NCBI GenBank assembly: GCA_964057225.1 | Contig: OZ059895.1 | Span: forward strand, 9,176,001 to 9,240,000 | Direction of reading: 5' to 3' | Length of the DNA: 64,000 nucleotides | Source: Auanema rhodensis | Lineage: Eukaryota > Animalia > Nematoda | Shown here: one piece after another, positions 1 through 18,382 of the stretch | Position numbering within the stretch: the first letter of the stretch is position 1 | Layout: each line of letters starts with the position of its first letter | Made by a program: the position numbers and the translations under genes | The notes under the pieces: model-generated | What the model was told of the DNA's origin: nothing | What the model saw: only the letters and a program-made list of their open reading frames with translations | Database searches by the model: none

Positions 1-3000
1 TGGAGGCGGGCCAGGTGGGATCTAAAGTTGTGAAAATGATATCAAACAAAAAATAAAACAGCAGTACTTGAGAAGGTCTTGGTGGTGCAGGCTGTGAATG
101 CATAGATTGAGACATAGCTGGAGAAGGAGCAGCATAGTTCGAGTTAGGCGAAGATTGAGAAGGATTAATTTGACCCTGAAATAAAGGATACAAATTGGAA
201 TAAAGGTATATATACGTACCACCGGAACATTTGATTGCAGCCAAACAGCTAACCCATTCTTGTTAGCAGCACCTTTTTTGACTTCGAAATGGATTTCGGA
301 TCCACTACGTGCCATATATTGGGCAGCACTAGAAATATTTTATAAAATATAAAACAAGATGTATCATACTCTTCCTGAGTTATTCCAAGTAAGGTTTGAC
401 CATTAACAGACAGAAGCTGATCACCGGGAGCTAACCTTCCATCCTTTAACAGATTTTATGATTTAATATTTTAAAATAACTGTTTTTACCAACGCAGCAG
501 GAGATCCATCAACAACTTTTTTAATATAAATACCGGTTTGCCTATCACCTATTCCCTAAAATAACACGAAAGATGTTTTTTGAATGTCGAAAATGTACCT
601 GAGCAGCTACTATGCTTAGTCCGATTCCTCCATTACCTCTTGACAGGACTACACGTAAAATTTCATCGGCATGTGCTATACCATTCTCTCCCTATTGCTC
701 AAAGTTTACTATATCAAACAAGTAAAACTTACAAATTGATTGGGCATATTTGTTAGCGTGGTTTGTGAAGCACTTCTCTGAATAGGGGCAGGAGGAACCG
801 CAGAGGTAGGTATAACACCTTGCTCACCGTAACAGGAATTCTAGAATGAGAAAACATATGAAACAAGTTCAATTTATCTGCTGCAAAGCCAAAGAAAGCA
901 TATGAAATCTTCGAATTGTTCTGGTTTTCACCGACATGTAACCGTATATAATTGCTCTTCCCGAAAAAAATATTTTGCATACCTGTGTCTGATCTGCTTG
1001 AGCGGGTATTTGGTCATTAAGATTAACAGAATGGCATAGGCCCTTGTCTCTTAACCCATATAAGTATTGCGCTAATCCATCAGGAACGGTTTTTAAAAGT
1101 TCTTTAAAAGTTGTTGAGTGCATTTTTTAAGATTATTTACAAACCAGAAGTGTATCCATCTTGAGGCAACAGAAAAGGCAGAGAGAGCTGATCAGGCTCT
1201 TCAAGGGTAACAGGAAGTCCATCCTGAAAAAGAATTGTATGAATTCATAAAACTTAATCAATGTAGAATACTTGTTGAGTAAGAACATCTGCTTGTCGTT
1301 CAGATAAGCTTACTATCCGGTTGAGAACTTCAGATTCGCAGGGAATTTCACCATTTTCAACTATGAAATTCGTTAACAAATATCGAACCTGAAACGAATT
1401 CAATCAAAACGAGAAAAAATTAAATAGTAACCTGAAGACTATTGAGTTTGTAGCATGTTGAACCAAGTACAGCTATATCATTTTTTTGAGCAGCTATTAA
1501 GTTAGCTGCTTGGCGACAGCGGTCCAAATGACATTCAGCGGCAAGTTCCACACCCATTTGCTCCGCCCATCTAGAAATATTTTTTGAATATATTTTATCA
1601 CCAAAATACGCAAACCTATGAAGAGCTGAAAGTCTTTGAACCAAGGACCTGCCGAAACGAGTTGTTAGTTCAAGTTTCTATAAGATATATTACAAATAAA
1701 TGAATAATAAACTCAGTTTTACTAACCATTGATCCCATTCCAATCATATTATTAAAAATTGTTGAGTTTATTGTATGAAACATTTGACTACATAGTTGAA
1801 TAGTTAGGGCTGGATTAAGGCATGAAGCTCGAGCAGCACGAAGAGTATTATCTAAGAGCGTTTTCAATTCTCCTAAAAGAGAACTAACATATTCAAGCCA
1901 ATTTGCAATTTTAAAAAAAATTTCAAAAGCAGTACTTACTTGTAGCATCCTCGACTGTTAAACGATTATCTAATAAAGCCCCACACGCAGGACGAACAGC
2001 ACCCAAAAGAATAGTACATAGTCGACGAAAAACACCTTCTACTACTGATCCAAATTGCCCAGATCTTCAAAGAGTTGAAAAATGCAAAATATTGTAAAAA
2101 ATAAAAAACTAACCGTGGTGTACGAAGATCAGGATTACGTTCCACAATATAAGAAAGTTCACTTGCATTTGCCAACCAAAATAATAATTCATCTCTTGAT
2201 GCACATTCCTACATAATTAAATTTTGAAATAAACATCTAATATATTTACCTGTGATATCTGATTCATGTGGTGGCTTATGCGAGAGAAGAACTGAACAAG
2301 ATACGGTTTAGAGTGGGAGTGAAAAAACCTTAGGGCAAGATATAGAGCATAAGCTGGAGCTAATCTAAAGGCTACTGAGTCAACATATCCTCGAGACATA
2401 ACCTGATGATAATTATGAGTATCATAATAAATCGGAAAGTACCTCAACAAGATAATCCCATACTTTATAGTCACCAATTTGTAAAGAGATGGGTAAAGTC
2501 ATCTGCCCCATCGTAGGCAACTGAGTCGTTCTAGGTCTCTGCGTATCTGTGGGCTTTCTTAAGTCAGCAGAAGACCCGGTTATACTAAAAAGAAATATGA
2601 AAGTGAAAAGAGAAAGTTAAGTTGTTTGAAGATTACATATATTTTAGATTCAATCAAAAAATACTTTTATGCATAATTCATGAGTTAGATTAATGCATGC
2701 AACTAGATTTGATTGAATGGACAGACATACTTGATAACATCACAAAACACAACGTAGACGACACAAAAAAAAGACTTACAGCTTTTTTAACTGTAAAGAA
2801 GTTATGTCAGGTATGCCAGATTTGTTAGAGCTATGTGGGTTATTGCCTATGAAGCCGCCAGTGCACTCAAAATGATTAATAAGCAAAAGTAAACAGTGAG
2901 AAAAGATTTTAAAATTTTGTGATAGTTCATTTTTGCATAAAACGTATATTGAACACCTTTTGATCGAGATGTCGACTCAATGCAACATTCGTTCCTCCAA

Positions 3001-5954
3001 ATGTAGTTTCGGTTAGGTGCTGGGTGGAAACAGCCCGTCGCATTTCCTATATTGTCAAAGAAAGATCTTAGTATATTAATTAGTAAAATAAATATGAAGC
3101 ATGCAATGAAAATGTTCAAAAGTAGGAACAAGATGTTAACGTAGTATATGCAGATGCAGGCATGGTGAACTAATATGTATAATCGATCAATGAATCATTG
3201 AATGTGAAGTGGAATTATCAAAGGTGACAGCGCACATTGCAAGACGGTATTGGTCGATTGCACATAGAATTGGCAAACAAAAGAAGAATCATAGGGTCAC
3301 AACAGTTGGCCCTAAGCAAGGCTAGCTTTCAAACCACACGTACAATAACAGTTAGCACCAAATACTATCACTTCGAAACATATATGATATTTGGTTTGTT
3401 TGCAAGAAAGTGTATAAAAGAGAAGAAATGATGATATCAACCATTATGGCAGTATATCTCAGGCCGATCGTTATCTACCTCAAGGAAAATATATATAAGA
3501 GAAAAAAGAAAACTCCATAAACATAGAAAACTGTGCACTACATAGTATGCGCGAAGAAGTGAACAAACATATGTAAGCAATACAAAGCAAATCAAAATCA
3601 AATGAGCCTTTCAAGTATCACATGCATATTAAAGGATTAAACACATTATTTAATACGAAGGACAATGACACTCACACAACAAATAATAGGCTAACCTTAT
3701 ACTCCCTAATACATGATTGATATCACTATATTCGGATTGAATTGTTTCATACTTGGCCGTATTCTAAAAATAACATTTTTAGAAAAAAAACTTTGTATTT
3801 ACCTTGTTGTTAAAAAATTGAAATAGAATTTTTCGACCAATCACAATTATAGATCCATTGGCTAATATCTCAGTTTGGTGAATAACTTTTTGATTAACCT
3901 AAAAATTATCAATCTAATTGTGTTTTTAACAACAATTTTACTTCAAGTCTAGCCACATCTGCACTAGGCGTGATAGTAGTTATTCCGTCCATGAGGGTAA
4001 TAACGCAGTGTCTTCCACAAATATCAGGAGAATCAATCTTAATATACAAATAAGAAACATAAACTTAAACTGAAAGCATACATATATATTCTGATTTTGA
4101 GAAGAATATTGCACAAGTGACTTGTCGCTTCCAATTTCTGTGATACCTTGTGCTATACAAATCCATTGAGGAGGATCACTTGGAGTACCATCTGAAAATC
4201 GGTTTTTTTACTATATCAACAATCATAAACTAAATAAACTAAATATTAAATAATAAAATAAAATAAAATTTATAAACATACCAGGTTGTAACACTAAAAA
4301 TGCGGGATCGATTTCTTTATCCGTAATATAGGAAGAAGGGGGAATAGAGTCATTGATAACTGTTGCAGGAACTCTGCATATTAATAAACTTTTAAATATA
4401 ACAAGAAAATGAAAAACCTGTAGTCAGAAGGAGTCTTTCTTATAGCTAAGTAAGTATCTGGACCATTTTCAGTAAAATGCATATTTTGTAAAGGTCGCTC
4501 CATGGGCTCAATAATTCGACCTTCACTTGATTGTGTTTCGCCAAAGCTATTCTGATTTCCAGATACAGGTAACTGAAAATTGGAATTGTGGAAGTTAATC
4601 AGTTGAAGATAATTGTATAACATTAAGCAAGCTTTTTTTACTATGAATTATCTGGGATCTAGTGTCAGCATATCTAACAAATCAATAAGGAAACCGGAAA
4701 AATATTACGTATTTTTTGCATATCGCTGAGTAGAACAAAGATGAATGAAAGACACAACAAAATGACATTAAGAAAACTATGAATTACTTAGATTAAAAAA
4801 AACTTCGTACCTCAACTAGGACATATTCCGAAGACTTAGATTCAAATCCATACTTTTCAAGAGCTTCATTCAAAATTTTACATGCTTGATCTTCAACGGA
4901 AACCAAAATGCTAACATATGGCCGGGAGGGCATCAATTCGCCTCCGTAAATTTTCAAACTTCCACCTATAACCGCAAACAATATATATATGTTCTTAGCT
5001 TAACTTCGTACCATGATCAATCTCTTTAAGTTTTGCTTCCAGCTTCTTCTCTCTTTTTTTTTTCATTACAACTTCAGGATTAGAAATTGTACGTGTAAAA
5101 GTATTTTGCGGAATCTATTAAATTAAATTTAAAAAAACTTATGTATGCAAAACACTTACCTGTCGATATATATCATTCATAATAATAGGTTCCTCACGAC
5201 CTCCATTCAGAGACACTAAAAAACTAACATAGAAAAATAAAATTTAGCAAATTAACCGATTTCCTTCGTCTTTTTGCGATTTTCCTTCTTGTCCTTTTTC
5301 AAATATCTGTTTACTCTCGCATCTTGAGCTTGTTGCTGAACTACCTGAGAGGAATAAAAAAAAACTGAAAACGTTTTTCATACCGATAATGGAATGGTTG
5401 GTTGATTATCTCTTCTAAGTAAAAATCGTCCTTCCCGATCATCACGATGCCAATTTAACTGAACTAACAATGGCTTTTCTTCATCATCTAACTTTCTCTC
5501 CGAACTATTTTCATGTACCTTAAATAAAATGTTAAGGTAACATATATCAAGATAATAATCTACCTCCCAAAGAGAATAACTATCTTCTGTTAACATTTTT
5601 AAGTCCGGAAGAAACTTATCTGCTAATGCGTCTACAACCGCTCTGGTAGTAGCAGTACTGGAAACACGTACGCACTTGGTTAAGACTCTCTCACCACCAT
5701 CCTAAGAAATTTCAAAAAAAAGTTAAAAGGCACTTGTATCGCAAATACATACTTGGAAATAAAACCGCATAACACCTTCAATTTCCAACTCCTGAAATAT
5801 CGAAGTCTATTGATTTTACTGAGGATCATACCTCGGTGGGATAACTAAGATGAAAAAGGTCTAAACGATTTTCGTTCCATTGCTGAACAAGTAACGCAAG
5901 TTGCTCTCGCTCAGGCAAACTTCTGACTTGCGACGATGACAATACATCAACCAT
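1..5954 (-). CDS. afd-1: Afadin/AF-6 (RA-RA-FHA-DIL-PDZ scaffold), multi-exon; 3' end runs off the window
   Basis: ATG at 5954 gives MVDVLSSSQVRSLPEREQLALLVQQWNENRLDLFHLSYPTE, the afadin N-terminus. RA-domain text includes EKPLLVQLNWHRDDREGRFLLR and GGSLKIYGGELMPSRPY; DIL includes WAEQMGVELAAECHL...CYKLNSLQV; PDZ includes GGIGLSIVAAQG..GIYIKKVVDGSPAA..GRLAPGDQLLSVNG. Confidence 0.95.
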
Positions 5955-6498
5955 CCGAGATAAACTAGAAGAACATCCGGTCGATAAAACTAAATAGCTG
6001 AGTAAAATTTGGAGATAAGAAAGTTTTGGAAGTGAAGCATTTGCTTAATATGTTAAGATATTTTGAGGTAAAATCAATTACATAAAAGTGTCTCTTTTCA
6101 TTGATTGTAAGATTGTGAAAAAATCAAGACATTATTGTCTTCCCTCAAACAGATATTATCGAAAGCAGACGCTGCACAGGATCGGGGTCAACAGTCAGGT
6201 AGGCGCACTGACACAGTAAAGGTCTGTCTGCCGAAACTTCTTATTTAGTCCTTCCAAGAAAAAATCCGTTATTTCATTGTGAATTTTACTGTTTTTTTGG
6301 TATATAGTGGCTGACATAAAAGTCTTTGAAGAACTTATTATGTTTGTCAATGAATAATTAATGCATATATAGTTAAAAAGAAGTTTATTAAAATATTTAT
6401 CAGTTTTACTGGTATTATGAAAGATAGCTAGACTTAGATAATGTAGCGTAAACCCGTTTACGAATGGAAAGAAACTAATAAGAAATATTTGAACAATC

Positions 6499-9400
6499 TT
6501 AAACCCAGGATTCGTCGTCTTCATTTATCCGGTTGGGACTATTTAAAGGCGCCTCATTTGTTTCAGATGGCTCTTGACAAATATCTAGAGATTCTTCATT
6601 AGATGACGAAGAGGGATGTTCATTCTCATTTTGTAGTTCTTCTAGAACCGGAGGTGGTTCTTCAGGCGATAGAGAACGTTCCTGACTGGAGTTATCCTGA
6701 AAATATTACGTACTTTGAAATTTAAACCATATTTTTACCTCTGAAGTACTTGCTCTATACGCTTGGTTTAAATAGGTGTTATTCGCTGCAACCTGAAATA
6801 AACATGATCAATATATCATCATAAAAGGAATAATACTGTTGGATGTTTCATGGCATCATCATATGATGGGGGAGCTTCTATGACGGATATTTGATTTTCG
6901 GGAACGACATAAAATCGGCGTTCGCCTACGGTCTGAATTGATGGTCCCGAAACTTCAGTTGGAAAAGAAGGGGCTCCTATTAAAATAGAAACAATATAAC
7001 AATTTGTAAAAACTCAGGAAAAAACCTGGAGCATTCCGAGGACTTAAAGCGCGAGCAGCTTGAGCTAAACGTCTTCTATGGATTCTAGTTATAACCGCTG
7101 TGGTTGATATCAGCAATAAAATCAATCCACAAACACCGACAACTAATGCTATTAAACCGGATATATCAGCTTCTGCATGCTTGTATTCATTCAATCTACT
7201 CATACTATTCGAAGATTCAGTAAGAGGCCGATGACATTCTTCGTCACTGCCATCACCACAATGATTGATACCGTCACATCGCAAAGTTGCCTAACATTAA
7301 TCATTCATAGCGAAATAGTTATTATTCTTCAATTGTACCTTAACACATCTGGCATTATCGCAATGATATTCGCCTATTCCAGGGCAAAGAGCTGTAGCCC
7401 AACGATAGAATTGTGAATAAACAATTTCTAAGCCATTTGTGCTCATCAAAAAACCACGTAATCTAACATAATATGCTGGATGAGCAAGACTAGTAGTAAA
7501 CCCATGCCTAGGATGAACGATTAGATCAAAAAGAAATAAAAAATAAACCTAGGTTGTTTATGCTCAAGTTGATCGCGTGTTTGCCCATCAAAGAGTAACA
7601 ATAACCGATCTGATATGGAAGATGCTCCTTCACGAACTTCTAACCTTAAACCAACTCCCTTCAAATGGAAATCTTCTACCTATAAATAACGAAAGAAAAG
7701 TTCACAATAAAATAAATATATTACTTTCAGATAAATCCGATCGAAAATTCGACTCATATGTGGCAATCGACCTATTATCCATATACAATCTACATAACTA
7801 TTGACTAAATATCCGTTTCCTTCCAATTTGATTTCACCACCATATCCTTCCAAATGTTCATCACAATCTATATATTCAAGTTTAAAAAATAAAAATTTTA
7901 AATGAATAACCTCTTATATTTGGTTTTTCTGGCCAATCATGATCTTCAACAAATTCATATCTAGCACGAAAGCCAACCTATTCAAATAATTATAAAATTT
8001 AATAAACTAGCATACTTACAAAATGAGTAAAATCATTTGCTTTAAATTGTATTGTTAGATTACTGCCTTTTGATAAAATAGCTGCTGGTCTTCTATGATC
8101 ATTTTTTGTATTTATAATAAGTGAACCATCAGAATCATATATCTATAAATATATAAATACAATTAAAATATATTAAAATATATATTTCATTACCTCTAAT
8201 TCACTTTGAAAATGAACATTGAAATCATCAAATGTTAAGCGTACAAAACCGGCTGCATTTAAATTGTTCAAATAATATTTTTTGATAATATTTCGTGGAT
8301 ATGCGGATGGATATCTAAAATAAATATTAAATTTATATAAATAAAAATATAAACCTTGGAGATTGAATATATCCTATGGATGATTGATTAGCTATTAAAA
8401 TGTTTTCAGAAGGAATTCCAGTTATATATTCAGTATTAGAGTAAGATGACAATTCTATTGGAAATAATGTCTATAACATATACAATTTAATAGAAAATTA
8501 TAAATAAGCTCAAACATTGACATAGGTTGATAGAGTTGAATTTGGTTCTATATTTCTCATTGTCAATGTTAGTAATAATGTATTTCCTGTACTATTGAAC
8601 ATATTTCTGTGAAAATAAAGAAATATGACAATGCTGATTTACTAGAAACAAATACCTTGTAGCATCTTCCCAAATTGAAACTTTCTTATAAATTAAATCT
8701 AGTGCTGCATCTGACTTTTCTTCTACGAACCGAAGATCAAAACATGGCTCTACCGCTGACTCAAGACAAGCTGGCATCTTAAAAAAGGTCGTATTAGTAA
8801 ACAATTCTACAGATGAGAAATTGAAGCATATTTTCCCCAGCATATTTTTTGTTTTAGATCATGAAAATCTCACCATCCTACGGCTATGACCCCAACACCT
8901 TTCACTTGACCTTGAGTGACCTTTCTTCTCTCCTCATAATTATCTCACAATGCTTGTTCGTATTATGTACCTAACAATAAGGTTGGCACCGAACAGCAAA
9001 ATTTCAAGTTTTCATGAAAATATAATTGATTCCTTCCGTTAAATTTCAAAACTACTCTCAACTAAATTTGACAATATAATATTAAAACATAGTTGTGAGA
9101 GATAAAACCTGTAGGAGAGATAAATGTATGTTTTGCATGTTAAATTCTATATATGTTACCACAGCAACGTATTCTAATCCGATATCTTATTGATTTCATT
9201 AATCCCATTCGTTTGCGATTCATTATTATTTACATATCTTATTTCTTATTCCAAAATATATGATGCAAAAAGATAGAAACGTATGTAATCAACTCAAATC
9301 AGCCCAAACATTTCCTAATTTGATTGAAACACTTACCATATTTATTTCCTTCTTGTTAAACATTTCAGTTGGCGAATCATACCTAACTGATATAAAGCAA

Positions 9401-11121
9401 CTTGCGCATGTTTCTATACGTAAAGTGCAACGTACTGCTCGATGAAAATCTGATTATATTTAATATTCTGTTAATATACATTAAAAAAAAATAAAAACCT
9501 GTTAAATTTTCGAATAAGTTTACATTAAAAGTACTGAATTCATCAGGTAATACTGCTACATGATCTCGTTTTAAATTAGGATATATTGATGCTGTAGGGT
9601 TATCACTATCTAGCAAGAGATAAGTGCTTTGATGACAAAGAGCAACGTCTTCTAATTTTTCTGAAAAATTTAAAAAATAGTTTAGATAGATATTGAACAA
9701 GTTATGATTAATTTCTATTGAAAATATTCTCAATAATGTTGTCAAGTTTGTCAAGCAAGCATTATTGGCAAACGAGAAGCCTATTTGTTTTGAACGACAG
9801 CTATCCCGGAGCTGGTTTAGGCATTGCTACGGTTTTTAAAAGAAACCTTTTCAAGAAAATTCGAAACAAATGCAAAAACGCAAACATTGCTTTAGCGCAT
9901 TTTTGTATTTGTTCAATTAGTGCTCCGCATGAAAAATTAAAAAAGCTTGATTCAAAACAATAACGTTAATATACTTTTCATTATAACTTTCTTATGCTGT
10001 ATAGATACAACGAAAAATTAAACCCAGCATAACACCAAAGATGGATCTTGAAAGGAATATCATATTTCAACATATAGAATTGGCAAGGTATGTATATAAC
10101 CTATTCCATAGCTTCAAGTGCAGCGTATTATTCGTGAACGCTTATATACATAGTATGTTGAAAATTCGATAATATATACATACATACATACATACATACA
10201 TATACATATATATGCATGAGAATTCAATAAAAACCGTAAACTATGCATAAAATAATAAAAGAAAAAGCTTTTCTTATGTTTTCTAAGTGTATATAATGGT
10301 TAATTTAATAATATGAAAACGTTTTTCAGAAAAAAAAAGAAGAGATCATTTTTCCTACTCATGTATAAAACTATGTCTTGTAATGTTCAGTTAAGTAAAC
10401 ATCATATATAACTCGAATTGTTTGACTGTAACATGAACGTTTGTTTTCCTCATACATATTGTCGTTTAGAATTCTGGTTGAACAATAAGTCTTAACAGAT
10501 ATGAAGAGGATGGTATATGAAATATTCCGCAGAGAATGAACAATACTACAATGTGAAAACCACCCCGAAACAAGTAATGGGCGAATGTATGCATACCTAC
10601 ATGATATTCGTCGACTATTCGTTGACTTATGAACACATTCATTAAAATTTAATCAAACTTCTTATTCAAAAAAACTAGATATAATCCACTAAATTAAAAT
10701 AGATTATATGATTTCATTTTCATGTATAGTTCCAGAGTTTCTTCCTAGTGTATTGTGTCTCGATGAAGAAACTCTAAAACTCGTCCATGCACAACAGGAC
10801 GATTCAAGCTAGAGCAAACATTGAGAATTCTGGCTTTCACCAAAAAGGTGCACCTTTCTGCTGCTTCAATGTTCTCCGAAATGCTTGTGAAATTACGTAA
10901 TCAAGAACACAACAAAATAAGAAGACATTAGAACAGAAATATCAATAACTTCTAAAAAATTCTGAAACTTTACAGCAAATATATCAGATTGAGTATTACA
11001 GATATTAGAAAAATAATGATTACCAAAATATATGTACGGCCATCTAATATCAAAAATTATCAATTTTAAGCTTACCTGAATTGCACAAGGAAAAACAGAG
11101 GAATAATAATATAAGATACAT
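6499..11121 (-). CDS. Type I membrane protein with CUB domains, one LDL-receptor class A repeat, a TM helix and a cytoplasmic tail with PPxY and a C-terminal PDZ-binding motif
   Basis: Exon 1 (ATG 11121) encodes the signal peptide MYLILLFLCFSLCNS and splices in frame to EKLEDVALCHQ. CUB signatures: GYIQSPRYPSAYP...VRLTFDDF...GFRARY and DCIWII. LDLa: [51 protein letters not shown]. Tail contains EAPPSYDDA and ends DDESWV-stop. Confidence 0.85.
10177..10212. repeat. (TACA)n/(TA)n microsatellite in intron 1 of the CUB/LDLa gene
   Basis: Direct reading: tacatacatacatacatacatacatatacatatata. Confidence 0.9.
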
Positions 11122-11399
11122 CCTGCGTTATCTACCGCATTCTGCTGCTACTCTCGCAATTGCCTGCAGCGTACAAATACAAATAATAGAATAGGCGGAG
11201 CTAACGCATGTGAGGACAGGCGCGTTGGCTTAGCATAGTGCCAACCCTCTCTTCTCTGTATTCCGAACTCACTTATCCGTTCTCAACAGTGACTATCATG
11301 AATAAACTGAGTGAGATCTTTATGACAAAATAAAAAATTGGAACAGAAAAAAAAATTAAATTTCGACAAAGCGGAACAGAATTTAAAATACATTTTGTT

Positions 11400-18223
<6,824 letters not shown>

Positions 18224-18374
18224 TTTGAATTTACTTGGGAAGTTGTTTTCTTAACTATCCCTAAAAAGCCAGTTTAATATCAATCAATAAATTAACTTTG
18301 TTTTCAGCGTATACGTATTTCGTAAAACTTGGAATCGGCCCAAAACTATATGTTAACTGATAAAGGGCGGATTA

Positions 18375-18382
18375 GGCGGGAA
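18375..18382 (-). promoter_or_regulatory. Candidate E2F/DRM-type site (TTCCCGCC) about 150 bp upstream of the glh ATG, next to a GC box
   Basis: Plus strand gggcggattaggcgggaa. The motif fits a germline gene but is short and could be chance. Confidence 0.35.

Noticed and set aside
1940-1954. Apparent 15-nt micro-exon in afadin
   Set aside because: The upstream sequence is open in the same frame, so this is the end of a longer exon.
4640-4730. Possible afadin micro-exons of 17 and 32 nt
   Set aside because: Neither alone nor combined do they preserve the phase-0 frame.
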